Source of the DNA: an uncultured Alphaproteobacteria bacterium
GTDB lineage: Bacteria > Pseudomonadota > Alphaproteobacteria > Rhizobiales > Xanthobacteraceae
DNA length: 64,000 nucleotides
Assembly: GCA_963753925.1 (NCBI GenBank)
Contig: CAVWEF010000007.1
Location: 46,436-110,435 of the forward strand
Direction of reading: 5' to 3'
Made by a program: the position numbers and the translations under genes. The notes beneath the pieces are model-generated. The model was not told where the DNA came from. It saw only the letters and a list, made by a program, of their open reading frames with translations, and did no database searches. Below, in pieces: positions 21,528 through 30,361 of this stretch; the stretch's first letter is position 1, and every line of letters begins with the position of its first letter.

Positions 21528-21743
21528 ATGCCGTTTGACCCAAGCGCCGGGAACAATCCAAAGCAGGCGACTGCTGATGAGGCCATGACAGCGGAGCAAG
21601 CGGCAACGCTAAAGAGACTTGCGGAGGCGACCTACGACTTAGACGCGTTCAAGCCGCACCTCACCCGCACCGAGGCAGAGATACGCATCGCCATGCTAAC
21701 GGCTAAGCTCAAGCTGCTTGGCGAGCCGCCACATACACTCTGA
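21528..21743 (+). CDS. DUF3072-like small protein
   Basis: DEAMTAEQAATLKRLAE...LTRTEAEIRI pattern. Confidence 0.65.
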   Translation: MPFDPSAGNNPKQATADEAMTAEQAATLKRLAEATYDLDAFKPHLTRTEAEIRIAMLTAKLKLLGEPPHTL

Positions 21744-21792
21744 AACTCTGAAACGCTGAATTGCCCATTTGGGACATCATGGGACAGGAGCG

Positions 21793-21882
21793 ATGGACAC
21801 AAGATTGATGGCAGCGATCATTCTTGGCAGCATTACCCTAGGACTGCTTGCCCTTGTGATCGGAGAACATCGCCTTCACTAA
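21793..21882 (+). CDS. 29-aa single-TM microprotein
   Basis: AGGAG SD; MDTRLMAAIILGSITLGLLALVIGEHRLH*. Confidence 0.5.
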   Translation: MDTRLMAAIILGSITLGLLALVIGEHRLH

Positions 21883-21939
21883 CTGCAGCGTAATCAATCG
21901 AGCTTGATCCCCAACAGCACCTCCAAACCGTGGATCGCG

Positions 21940-23208
21940 TGACGTTGCCCCCGCCGTTTAATCCAGGTTGAACTGGAGTCTGGCCCTTGAGGGAAGGACC
22001 AGACAATGAAGCACAAGCGATTTACCGAAGAGCAGGTCATCGGAATCCTGAAGGAGCACGAGCTCGGGGCGAAGACCTCGGACCTGTGCCGCAAGCACGG
22101 GATCAGCGAGGCGACCTTCTACAACTGGAAGAGCAAGTACGGCGGGATGGACGTCTCGGAAGCCAAGCGGCTGAAGGCGTTGGAGACCGAGAACACCAAA
22201 CTGAAGCGGCTGTTGGCCGACGCCATGCTCGACAACGCGGCCCTGAAGGATCTGCTTCTCAAAAAAATGGTGACGCCCGCCGTCAAGCGTGAGGCTGTCG
22301 CTCACCTCAAGGACGTCCATGAGATGAGCGAGCGGCGGGCGTGCAGCGTCATCGACTGTGACCGAATGACGGTACGCTACCGCTCGCGGCGCCCGGACGA
22401 TGCCCGTTTGCGCGAACGGCTGGTGGCACTCGCCAGGGAGCGCCGCCGGTTCGGCTATCGCCGCCTGCTCATCTTTCTACGTCGGGAGGGCTTCGTCGTG
22501 AACCACAAGAGGCTCTTCCGCATCTACCGCGAGGAACGACTCATGGTGCGCAAAAGAAGCGGTCGTAAAAGGGCTTTGGGCAGCAGGACGCCGATGCCTG
22601 GAGCTGGGTTGCCGAATGACCGCTGGTCGTTGGACTTTGTCTCCGATCAGCTCGTCAGCGGACGCCGCTTCCGCATTCTCGGCATCTATGATGACTGTAC
22701 CCGGGAATGCCTGGCAGCCGTCGCCGATGTCTCACTTTCGGGCCGCAGGGTCGCCCGCGAACTCGATCTCCTCATCACAACGCGCGGCAAGCCCAGGACA
22801 ATCGTCAGCGACAACGGCACCGAGCTGACCAGCAATGCAATCCTAGCCTGGGCGGCTGACGCCAAAGTCGATTGGCACTATATCGATCCCGGCAAGCCGG
22901 TGCAGAACGCGTTCATCGAGAGCTTCAATGGCCGGTTACGCGACGAGTTCCTGAACGAGACGTTGTTTACATCGCTGATGCAAGCCCGTTTGGCCCTGGA
23001 AGAGTGGCGGCGCGACTACAACGCTGTGCGGCCCCATTCCGGCATCGACTGGCTGACGCCTGCCGACTATGCAGCGACGTTCTCACCGCAACGAGGCCAA
23101 GGCGCTTCGCTCATTGATGGCTCCGCGCCTTGGCCCGTCGTACCACCAAAAGACGATTTTAACCGCCAAACTCTGGTCGCCCCTGGATGAAAGTTGGGGG
23201 CAACGTCA
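21940..23208 (+). mobile_element. complete IS3-family element (IS407-like)
   Basis: Inverted repeats TGACGTTGCCCCC...ATCCAGG at both ends; 4-bp target duplication CGCG (21936-21939 and 23209-23212). Confidence 0.96.
22006..23190 (+). CDS. IS3 transposase, OrfA and OrfB in a single frame
   Basis: HTH OrfA; WSLDFVSD, SDNGTE, NAFIESFNGRLRDE DDE motifs. Confidence 0.95.
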   Translation: MKHKRFTEEQVIGILKEHELGAKTSDLCRKHGISEATFYNWKSKYGGMDVSEAKRLKALETENTKLKRLLADAMLDNAALKDLLLKKMVTPAVKREAVAHLKDVHEMSERRACSVIDCDRMTVRYRSRRPDDARLRERLVALARERRRFGYRRLLIFLRREGFVVNHKRLFRIYREERLMVRKRSGRKRALGSRTPMPGAGLPNDRWSLDFVSDQLVSGRRFRILGIYDDCTRECLAAVADVSLSGRRVARELDLLITTRGKPRTIVSDNGTELTSNAILAWAADAKVDWHYIDPGKPVQNAFIESFNGRLRDEFLNETLFTSLMQARLALEEWRRDYNAVRPHSGIDWLTPADYAATFSPQRGQGASLIDGSAPWPVVPPKDDFNRQTLVAPG

Positions 23209-23641
23209 CGCGCAGTAAGGATCCGTTGCAAAGCTCGGTTTAACCACGCCGTTCTTTGAGCGCCCACGACCAAAGTTGTTTTCGGCTTGGGGACACGTGC
23301 ACCCGCGTTCAACAGCACCCGGGGAGCCTGAGTTATATGTTAGAAAGTCTTCGTCTACTTCGATTTCCATGAAAGACCTCCGTTTTTTCGATGTGATTTA
23401 CAGGCGGGCTTTGTTGCAGAGCTTTAGTGTCAGCCTGGGCTGGCCCTATCGAGAATTGCCTCTTCGCCCGGGGCTGCCATTTTTGGCTGACACCGGGTGG
23501 GCGGTTGCGGACTGTGTTGGTGTCCGCAATTAATTAGTTGAGAGATTGCATATCGGGTAGACGAGAACCCTGTCGGCCAAGCCGTACTCTAACGGCTGGC
23601 TACAGAAGAGTCGCCTAAGTACGCGATTGCAGATGGCACCT

Positions 23642-24577
23642 TTAAGACGTTCGGCTCAAGACCCGCGCCGCGCCGCGCCATTCACTGTGCTTGTCGGAAT
23701 ATGCGAAAGTATCGGCAGCGACAACCTTATTGCGGCCCGTACGTTTCGCCTCGTAAAGTGCGAGGTCCGCTCGCCTGAGAAGAGTGTCGATGGTGTCGCC
23801 AGTTTCCCATTCAGCGACGCCAAGGCTACACGTGATGGAGACAGGCTGCTCTCCAGCAAAGACCTTCAAACCCTCCACGTTGCGTCGAAATTCCTGCGCG
23901 ATTTCGATAGCTTCGGAAAGATTGCTTTCTACAAGTAACACAAATTCTTCGCCGCCTAGGCGGCCGGGAGTCCCCGGCAGCAGTGCGATCTCAGAACCAA
24001 CACGCGTCAAGACTGTGTCTCCAATGTCATGACCATGAAGATCATTAATCTGCTTGAAATGATCGAGATCAATCATAATGGCCGACACAATCTGCCCATT
24101 CTGCGACTTTATGATAGCCTTGATGGCATTCTCGAAGAAGGCGCGACAATTCAAGAGGCCGGTCAGAAAATCGGTCGTTGCAAGTCGCACCAGTTCACAT
24201 TGCATCGAAGTCACGCGATCTGCTGTCCGCAGTCGGGCGCGCAGTTCCTCAGCAATCGGAGGCTTCGAAATATAATCGTCCGCGCCATTGTCCAGTGCCT
24301 GAACGCATTTGGTGTATCCATCATTGGACGACATCATGATGATGTAGAGAGGCCGGCTAGTGGCCAGGAGCTTTCGTGCACTTGCGCAAAGTGCGACGCC
24401 CGACATAGACGGTAGCTCGGCGCTCGTGATGAGAACTCGGACGCTGTCGTCTTGTTGAATACAGTCAAGCGCCTCGGCGCCGTCCGAAAACGAGCGCACG
24501 TCGTAATTCCACAGTCGCACGAGATCGGTTACAATCCGGCGCACGGTGCGACTTGGGTCGACAAGCACTATTCGCAT
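23642..24577 (-). CDS. REC-GGDEF diguanylate cyclase
   Basis: Receiver domain (LVDP...GADDYISKP); DLDHFKQIND.HGH; RLGGEEF. Confidence 0.92.
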   Translation of the reverse strand: MRIVLVDPSRTVRRIVTDLVRLWNYDVRSFSDGAEALDCIQQDDSVRVLITSAELPSMSGVALCASARKLLATSRPLYIIMMSSNDGYTKCVQALDNGADDYISKPPIAEELRARLRTADRVTSMQCELVRLATTDFLTGLLNCRAFFENAIKAIIKSQNGQIVSAIMIDLDHFKQINDLHGHDIGDTVLTRVGSEIALLPGTPGRLGGEEFVLLVESNLSEAIEIAQEFRRNVEGLKVFAGEQPVSITCSLGVAEWETGDTIDTLLRRADLALYEAKRTGRNKVVAADTFAYSDKHSEWRGAARVLSRTS

Positions 24578-24712
24578 AGTGACCCCTCAGGATCACATGG
24601 GTTATCAGGAGCTTCGTTAAGCCCCTCTTTATGAATTTACCGGGCGCTTTCCCCAACCATAAGGCGACAAACGAAATCGCCTAAGCTATTCCGCCGCCGG
24701 TCGCGCGACGTG

Positions 24713-25003
24713 TCAGTGGTGGCGGAGATCACTAGGCTCTCCTGGCTCCGGCACCGCAATTCCTAACTCTTCGTATTCGTGAATTTTGTTCCGTATGCAG
24801 CGGATCGATATTCCGAGAGTTCTGCAAGAAATAGTCCGACTTCCGTGGTGACGGGCAAGGGTATGGATAATGAGTTCCCGTTCGACCTCCTTGACCGTGT
24901 GGCCGACAAGATGGGGAACGACTTCATCAATCGTCAATTCACCAAAGCCTATGCGCCGCAACGCCAGGCGCTTAGCGGCCTCTTTGATCATATGTGTCGA
25001 CAT
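24713..25003 (-). CDS. stand-alone Fis-type HTH protein (FlbD C-terminus-like)
   Basis: LVGHTVKEVERELIIHTL...LGISIRCIRNKIHEY. Confidence 0.8.
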   Translation of the reverse strand: MSTHMIKEAAKRLALRRIGFGELTIDEVVPHLVGHTVKEVERELIIHTLARHHGSRTISCRTLGISIRCIRNKIHEYEELGIAVPEPGEPSDLRHH

Positions 25004-25082
25004 TCGACCCTCCTGACCTTCCGGCCGCAAAGCGGCTGATGGGACATGCCTAAGGGACAACCTAGTTTAATACGAACTTATG

Positions 25083-25098
25083 GTTAACAACCTCTTAA
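25083..25098 (-). promoter_or_regulatory. CtrA-type binding site
   Basis: Minus strand TTAA-GAGGTTG-TTAAC, an exact TTAA-N7-TTAAC. Confidence 0.65.
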
Positions 25099-25304
25099 TA
25101 TATGCACGAACAACAAGGCGTTAGGATTGTTGCGCAATCATTGTCCAATGCGGACGCTATTTTTGGCGCGAGCGTCGATGCCGACATCTCCCACTTTCTG
25201 TAAAATCGAATAGGTATACCTCTTTTGGGAGCGTCGTGAGTGGCCTAATTTTCGTTTTCGCCATGACCAAAGATTGTTAGGCAATTGGGGGCAATCTTCA
25301 CGAC

Positions 25305-25514
25305 ATGAAATTTTGCGATGCCGACGCGTGTCAATCTTGCGCGCTGCCTGAGGGCAGTCCTGCTTGCTTGCGGCACAAGGCTCGTTTTTGCACTTGGCTG
25401 GCGGCAAAAACCTCTAGTGAGCCTGTCCGTATGGCACTTGAGAAAATGAGCCTCGATTTGATGGAAGAAGCGAATGCACTTGAGCAAGAGCAAATGCTCA
25501 AGGAAGTTGGATAA
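25305..25514 (+). CDS. hypothetical protein
   Basis: Helical small ORF (ALEKMSLDLMEEANALE). Confidence 0.5.
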   Translation: MKFCDADACQSCALPEGSPACLRHKARFCTWLAAKTSSEPVRMALEKMSLDLMEEANALEQEQMLKEVG

Positions 25515-25591
25515 GCAACATTGCCGAGCGGAATCGTTGTTCGATCTGGTTTGAGTTGCCACCTTTGAGGGGTTTAGTCTCTCGCGCCTCG

Positions 25592-25897
25592 TTAACAGAG
25601 CGATTTTTGGCGTCGACCTAGTGCTAGCTCGCTGGTGCCTTTGGCGTCAGTAATAAATTCCACGGCTAATCCGTCTTTTGAGCGCCGAACGACATGGCAT
25701 CTCTGGACGCGGCAGTGAGGCGAAATGCGGAGAAAAAACTCGTCAGGAACGGTGCTGGGTTCCAGACCAATGATCTTGGCGCCGCCGTTTGAAAAGTTAC
25801 TCACGATACATCGCCGGACAATGCGGCCGTCGCGAGCGACATAGATTTTAGCTTCCGAGTTCCATTCGACACGAAAGCTCTTTCGGCGTTCACGCAT
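25592..25897 (-). CDS. PilZ-domain protein
   Basis: ERRKSFR (RxxxR) and NFSNGG (D/NxSxxG). Confidence 0.88.
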   Translation of the reverse strand: MRERRKSFRVEWNSEAKIYVARDGRIVRRCIVSNFSNGGAKIIGLEPSTVPDEFFLRISPHCRVQRCHVVRRSKDGLAVEFITDAKGTSELALGRRQKSLC

Positions 25898-26605
25898 GTT
25901 CGCGGTCTCCGAATAAGATTTAATTCCGACATTGAAGCCAGCGATTGTGAGAGGACTGTTAATAGAAAAATTAAAATGCGATACGGGTTTGGAGCAATCA
26001 TCGATGAAATCCGAACTAAGTCGCAAACTGCGCAGCGTTCGCTCCTTTTAACCACCTCTAAACCACAGGTGCTTCTTTAATTTTACTGGCGTGGCATTTT
26101 GATCCGACGCATGGCGCGCGGCGCGATGCGTACTTATTTTACCGTTATGAAATTTGGAAATACAAAAAGCAAAACTCTCGGACATCATGATGAGCCGGAA
26201 AAAGGCAACTTAGGTATTTTCGTTACAGCAGCTCTTCTATTCCTTCTAATATTTGCATCCATGAATGAGAACTGGGTTCTACATGGACTCGACATTGCGC
26301 GTGGCAATTTGGCCGCCTTATATCACTATAAAACCTAATCAGATGTCGGCGAGACCGCCACAATGGCGATCTTGCACGGATTTGGGCGATGGATGGAAGA
26401 GCCCGAGCGATACCCCTTTAGAATAGGCATTAAGGCCGGCAACGGCGCGGCCAAGGCTCAGAGCTTCATCGCGACGAAAACCCAGTCGCTCCGCGACTAC
26501 GGCAGCCGACAGGGTTAAGACCGGGCACGGCTGATGGAGATCGTTTGACTGCCGGTCATCGGTTTTAATCGGCCTTTCGCCATCATGGCTCGCGCACCAT
26601 GCATG

Positions 26606-27667
26606 TTAGGGTACGATCCGCTCATCGCGAAAGCGGCGGAGGAGGCGCACGAACATCGCCTCGCTATCGACCACGTCGTGGAAACCGTAGAGCCGGGACT
26701 TGGTCACTTCCGACATGACGTCCCAATCAGCTCCAAAGACATAATCTGCAAATGGCCAAGCGACGAGATCCGTGTAGCTAATGGCTTTGAGCTTATGCTT
26801 CGCCGTCATTTCTTCCCAGAGTGATCCCTTATCGGCCATTTGCTGCGTGAGGCAAATTGTCTGCGGATCGGCAAGTGGCATTTCAAAAACCTCTGCGATT
26901 CTTGGCCAGACGTTCCGCCACCGAAAATAGTCACCGTTGGTGATGTTGAACGCTTGGTTCGCGCATTGCTCCTCAGTCGCAGCCCAATGCGCCGCATTCG
27001 CAAAATGCGCAGAGTCGGTAACCTGGTAGATCGTGTCATAGGCACCAAGCTTGCCTGGAAAGCGCAGCGGCAAATCAAGTTCTTTTGATATCGCGGCATA
27101 GACCGCGATTGCCGGAAGGATGCTCATTGGCGTGCCGGGCGAGAAACCGCAAAGCGTCTGAGGACGAAGCTCAACCCAATCCCATTTCTTTCCTTTCTGG
27201 TGGGCCGTGAGCCACTCGATCTGGTCGAAGTAATAATTGGGCGGCATGTGACGCGGGTCAGTTTCACGCATCGGCGTCTTCAGTGGACCAAGGTGCACGC
27301 CGTAGTATTTTGTACCAGTGACAAGGATGACGCGTTTTAGAGAAGGCGACGCGCGGTCTATGGTGGCAACCGAGTTCACCAACAGCTGGCGATTTGGAAC
27401 TAGATTCGATGCAAAATTGGACGCGCTTCCGGGGCTGGCTTGAAATGCCGCGTAGAAGACATGTGTGACGTCCGTTAGTTCAGCGAGTTTTCGCTTCGTT
27501 TCACCAGCATCAAGCAAATCGACGGCAATATGTCGGTAGCGCGGTCGATCTGATTCATTTCTTCGAGATAGACCGACTACCTGCCAATCGCCTTCCTCGA
27601 CAAGTTTTTCAACGATGTACCGCCCAACGACCCCGAGCGCCCCGACAACCACTGCATTTTTCTTCAT
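26606..27667 (-). CDS. atypical SDR of the progesterone-5beta-reductase/PRISE type
   Basis: GALGVVG, GLSRR, VTGTKYYG, PNYYFDQ, FNITNGD motifs. Confidence 0.85.
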   Translation of the reverse strand: MKKNAVVVGALGVVGRYIVEKLVEEGDWQVVGLSRRNESDRPRYRHIAVDLLDAGETKRKLAELTDVTHVFYAAFQASPGSASNFASNLVPNRQLLVNSVATIDRASPSLKRVILVTGTKYYGVHLGPLKTPMRETDPRHMPPNYYFDQIEWLTAHQKGKKWDWVELRPQTLCGFSPGTPMSILPAIAVYAAISKELDLPLRFPGKLGAYDTIYQVTDSAHFANAAHWAATEEQCANQAFNITNGDYFRWRNVWPRIAEVFEMPLADPQTICLTQQMADKGSLWEEMTAKHKLKAISYTDLVAWPFADYVFGADWDVMSEVTKSRLYGFHDVVDSEAMFVRLLRRFRDERIVP

Positions 27668-27806
27668 GCAATCCCATCCGTACCCGCTGTCGTTTTGGTT
27701 TTGCCCGAGCGCGAGGGCGGCTTGAAGCGTGAAATTGTAAACGGTTGTAAACGGCCCTAACCGCAGAAATATGCTGATTTAAAAGCCATTGATCTATAAG
27801 GGAAAA

Positions 27807-27883
27807 TGGCGCGCCGGAAGGGATTCGAACCCCTGACCCCCAGATTCGAAGTCTGGTGCTCTATCCAGCTGAGCTACCGGCGC
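27807..27883 (-). tRNA. tRNA-Arg, anticodon TCG
   Basis: GCGCCGGTAGCTCAGCTGGATAGAGCACCAGAC-TTCGAA-TCTGGGGGTCAGGGGTTCGAATCCCTTCCGGCGCGCCA; full cloverleaf, 77 nt. Confidence 0.95.
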
Positions 27884-28552
27884 CGTGATTGGAGATTAGC
27901 AGAACGGCACGCTCGATGAGATGCAAACTCCTGGCCCCTGGATTTGCGGTCTGGGAGAGACCTGTGCCGCAATCGAGCGGCGACTTTTTTCGGAATTTTT
28001 CGGGTACCGTTTGCAACCATACTTGACCCGTTATTTTTTGCACAAGGGCCCGAAACGGCGAGCCAAATGATGCGCCCCGCCTAGTATTCGCAGCGGTTCC
28101 GGGACCTCGCCGTTATGGGGCCAGTTCAGCGGAGCGGCGGGGGCAATCGGAATATGCAATCGAAAGAGCCGGAAATAACGGAATTTTTCGGGACAAAAAT
28201 GATCGCCCGTGGCTTGCAGTCTCCGTTGGCCGTAGGCCCCAGGCGGCCGCTGCTTTGCCGGGCAGCGCGCGAGGGCATCGAGCTTGACGTCCCGACTGTT
28301 GCCGACTGGTTTGGCGCGACGGGGGCCAAACGCTGGTGCCGCGCAGCGAGGCGATCTGCGCCCCGGATATGCCCCCCCGAGCCTGTCCATGCCGATGGCA
28401 CGACGGGGCCGGTGCGACAGGCTCAAGGGCGGGGACGCGTTAAAAGTGGCCGAAAGACTGTTGAATTTTCCGCTAACGAATCATTTGGGCGCGGGGCGTA
28501 TTTCATAAAGTGATTAACGATCCCTTAAGGTTGGCCCCTTATCCTCGCGCTC

Positions 28553-29053
28553 ATGAGACACTGTAAGACATGCCAGCATCTTAAGCGCCCGGAAATTGAC
28601 CGTCGTCTGGCGGCTGGTGAGCCGGCGGCGCAGGTTGCGCGCGACTATGAGCTTAATCTGTCCAGCCTGCACCGGCACCGGACGAACTGCCTCAAACTCG
28701 CGTCATCGCAGGTTATCAAGCAGGAGGCGGCGCGCGGCAGCGCGGCGGTGGCACTGCTGCCGTCGAAAGAGACGCTGAGCGGTGCCTATTTCGACCTGCG
28801 CGACCGCATCGACGGGATCGTGGCGCAGGCGGAGCAGCAGGGGTCGCTAAAGGTCGCCATCTCGGGGCTCAACTCCGTTCGCCAGACCCTCGATAGCCTG
28901 GTGCGCCTGGCGGGACACACCCAGGCCGGTGGTGCGCAGGTCGACGTCGCTGTGGAGACAAACCTCGATGTGGGCATCACGCAACTCGTCGAGCGCGTGA
29001 TCAAGCACTTCGACCACGAACCAGAAACGAAAGCGAAGATCGGGCAGTTTTGA
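28553..29053 (+). CDS. CxxC-HTH protein, possible terminase-small-subunit-like
   Basis: CKTCQH..RPEIDRRLAAGEP...LHRHR; TTAA-N7-TTAA at 28514-28528 upstream. Confidence 0.55.
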   Translation: MRHCKTCQHLKRPEIDRRLAAGEPAAQVARDYELNLSSLHRHRTNCLKLASSQVIKQEAARGSAAVALLPSKETLSGAYFDLRDRIDGIVAQAEQQGSLKVAISGLNSVRQTLDSLVRLAGHTQAGGAQVDVAVETNLDVGITQLVERVIKHFDHEPETKAKIGQF

Positions 29054-29056
29054 AAT

Positions 29057-29081
29057 GGAACCATTATTTCTCACTCCGGTT
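29057..29081 (+). promoter_or_regulatory. EcfG/SigT-like general stress promoter
   Basis: GGAAC-N16-GGTT, 50 bp upstream of the ATG at 29131. Confidence 0.55.
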
Positions 29082-29130
29082 AAGAGTGTCATCAACCGCG
29101 AATTAATTTCGCTTGCTGGGAGGTTGGGCA

Positions 29131-30072
29131 ATGACGACCGACACGATGGATGCCACAATTAACGACGCTTCTCCCGCCGTGAGCTGGAAAGCCATCGTAG
29201 CAGGGGGCACCGCGTCCATCGCATTAAGTTTGGCGTTGGCAGCATTCGGTGTCGGCGTCGGCTTTTCAGTCGTTTCGCCCTGGTCGGATTCCGGAATTTC
29301 CGGCACCACATTCACCATCGCCGCTGGCGTCTATCTGATCGTGGTCGCGATGGTGTCCTCGACCATCGGCGGCTACCTTGCCGGGCGTCTGCGCTCGCAA
29401 TGGAATACCGTGCACGACCATGAGCGATATTTCCGCGATTCTGCTCACGGCTTTCTGGTATGGGCTTTCGCTACAATTGTAAGCGCCGCCGTGCTCGGGG
29501 GAGCCTTTACGCATATTCTCGCCGGTGCGAGTGCGGGCTTGGCCCCGGCGACAACGTCGGCGGCGCAAGGCTCGCCCACCGATGTGTATGTCGACAAGTT
29601 GCTGCGGACCGAACCGACGCAAGCGTCCGCCACGCAGACCGCACCCACAGCGGCCACGTCGGCTGTGCAAACACCCGCGCCACCGCAGGGCGGGCAGGGC
29701 AGCGCGTCCGCGCAGGGCCGTTCGGCCGGCACGAACCGCACGGAAATTATGCGAATTCTGCTACCCGGCCTGAGCAAGGGCGGGACCATTGCGGATGGAG
29801 ACCGGGCCTATCTCGCCAAGATCGTTGCGGCCCGGACCGGTCTTTCGCAGGCCGACGCCGACCAGCGGGTAAACCAAGTGATAACTGAAGCTAAAACTTC
29901 CGCCGATAACGCGCGCAAGTCGGCCGCGGCGTTCTCACTGTGGCTCGTGGCTTCCATGCTTGCCGGCGCCCTGTCCGCGAGCCTGGCAGCGATCGAAGGC
30001 GGCAATCTGCGCAACAGTGAATGGTATCTGACCGATTCGAATCGCGCTCGTGTCGTCGCCCCTGCCGAGTGA
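29131..30072 (+). CDS. conserved multi-TM hypothetical membrane protein
   Basis: VSWKAIVAG, GGYLAGRLR, FRDSAHGFLVWA, ARTGLSQADA. Confidence 0.85.
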   Translation: MTTDTMDATINDASPAVSWKAIVAGGTASIALSLALAAFGVGVGFSVVSPWSDSGISGTTFTIAAGVYLIVVAMVSSTIGGYLAGRLRSQWNTVHDHERYFRDSAHGFLVWAFATIVSAAVLGGAFTHILAGASAGLAPATTSAAQGSPTDVYVDKLLRTEPTQASATQTAPTAATSAVQTPAPPQGGQGSASAQGRSAGTNRTEIMRILLPGLSKGGTIADGDRAYLAKIVAARTGLSQADADQRVNQVITEAKTSADNARKSAAAFSLWLVASMLAGALSASLAAIEGGNLRNSEWYLTDSNRARVVAPAE

Positions 30073-30113
30073 CCAGCGCATCCGCTTTGACATTCCCACA
30101 AAAGGAGTCAGCT

Positions 30114-30179
30114 ATGCCGATCCTACTCTGGTTACTGGGAGTTCCCGTCAGCCTCATCATTCTTCTGATGATTCTTTAA
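30114..30179 (+). CDS. 21-aa hydrophobic microprotein
   Basis: AAGGAG SD; MPILLWLLGVPVSLIILLMIL*. Confidence 0.7.
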   Translation: MPILLWLLGVPVSLIILLMIL

Positions 30180-30232
30180 ACGGCTAGCGCGTGGAAGGGT
30201 TAAGACAAAACGACAACGAAAAGGAGGCGCAG

Positions 30233-30319
30233 ATGGGATTTGGTCGCGGAGCGCTATTGTGGCTGCTGGGTGTGCCACTGCCGATCGTTATACTTTTGGC
30301 GCTCTTCATGCATCACTGA
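30233..30319 (+). CDS. 28-aa hydrophobic microprotein
   Basis: AAGGAGG SD; MGFGRGALLWLLGVPLPIVILLALFMHH*. Confidence 0.75.
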   Translation: MGFGRGALLWLLGVPLPIVILLALFMHH

Positions 30320-30361
30320 TGCAGTGAGACGCTTAAGCGCAAAACACCAGGATATTACGCA

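Larger units (their letters stand above)
21894..23370 (-). pseudogene. Cys/His microprotein copy 2, split by IS3
   Basis: Removing the IS and one TSD gives MEIEVDEDFLTYNSGSPGAVERGCTCPQAENNFGRGRSKNGVVKPSFATDPYCAIHGLEVLLGIKLD*. Confidence 0.9.
19210..27851. mobile_element. tRNA-Arg-integrated genomic island without integrase
   Basis: 45-bp terminal direct repeats, visibly lower GC, accessory cargo. Confidence 0.85.

Noticed and set aside
25959-25974. TTAA-N8-TTAA as a CtrA box
   Set aside because: Wrong spacing in an AT-rich tract.
27893-27926. sigma70 promoter for the tRNA
   Set aside because: Spacing between the candidate -35 and -10 elements is too long to support.
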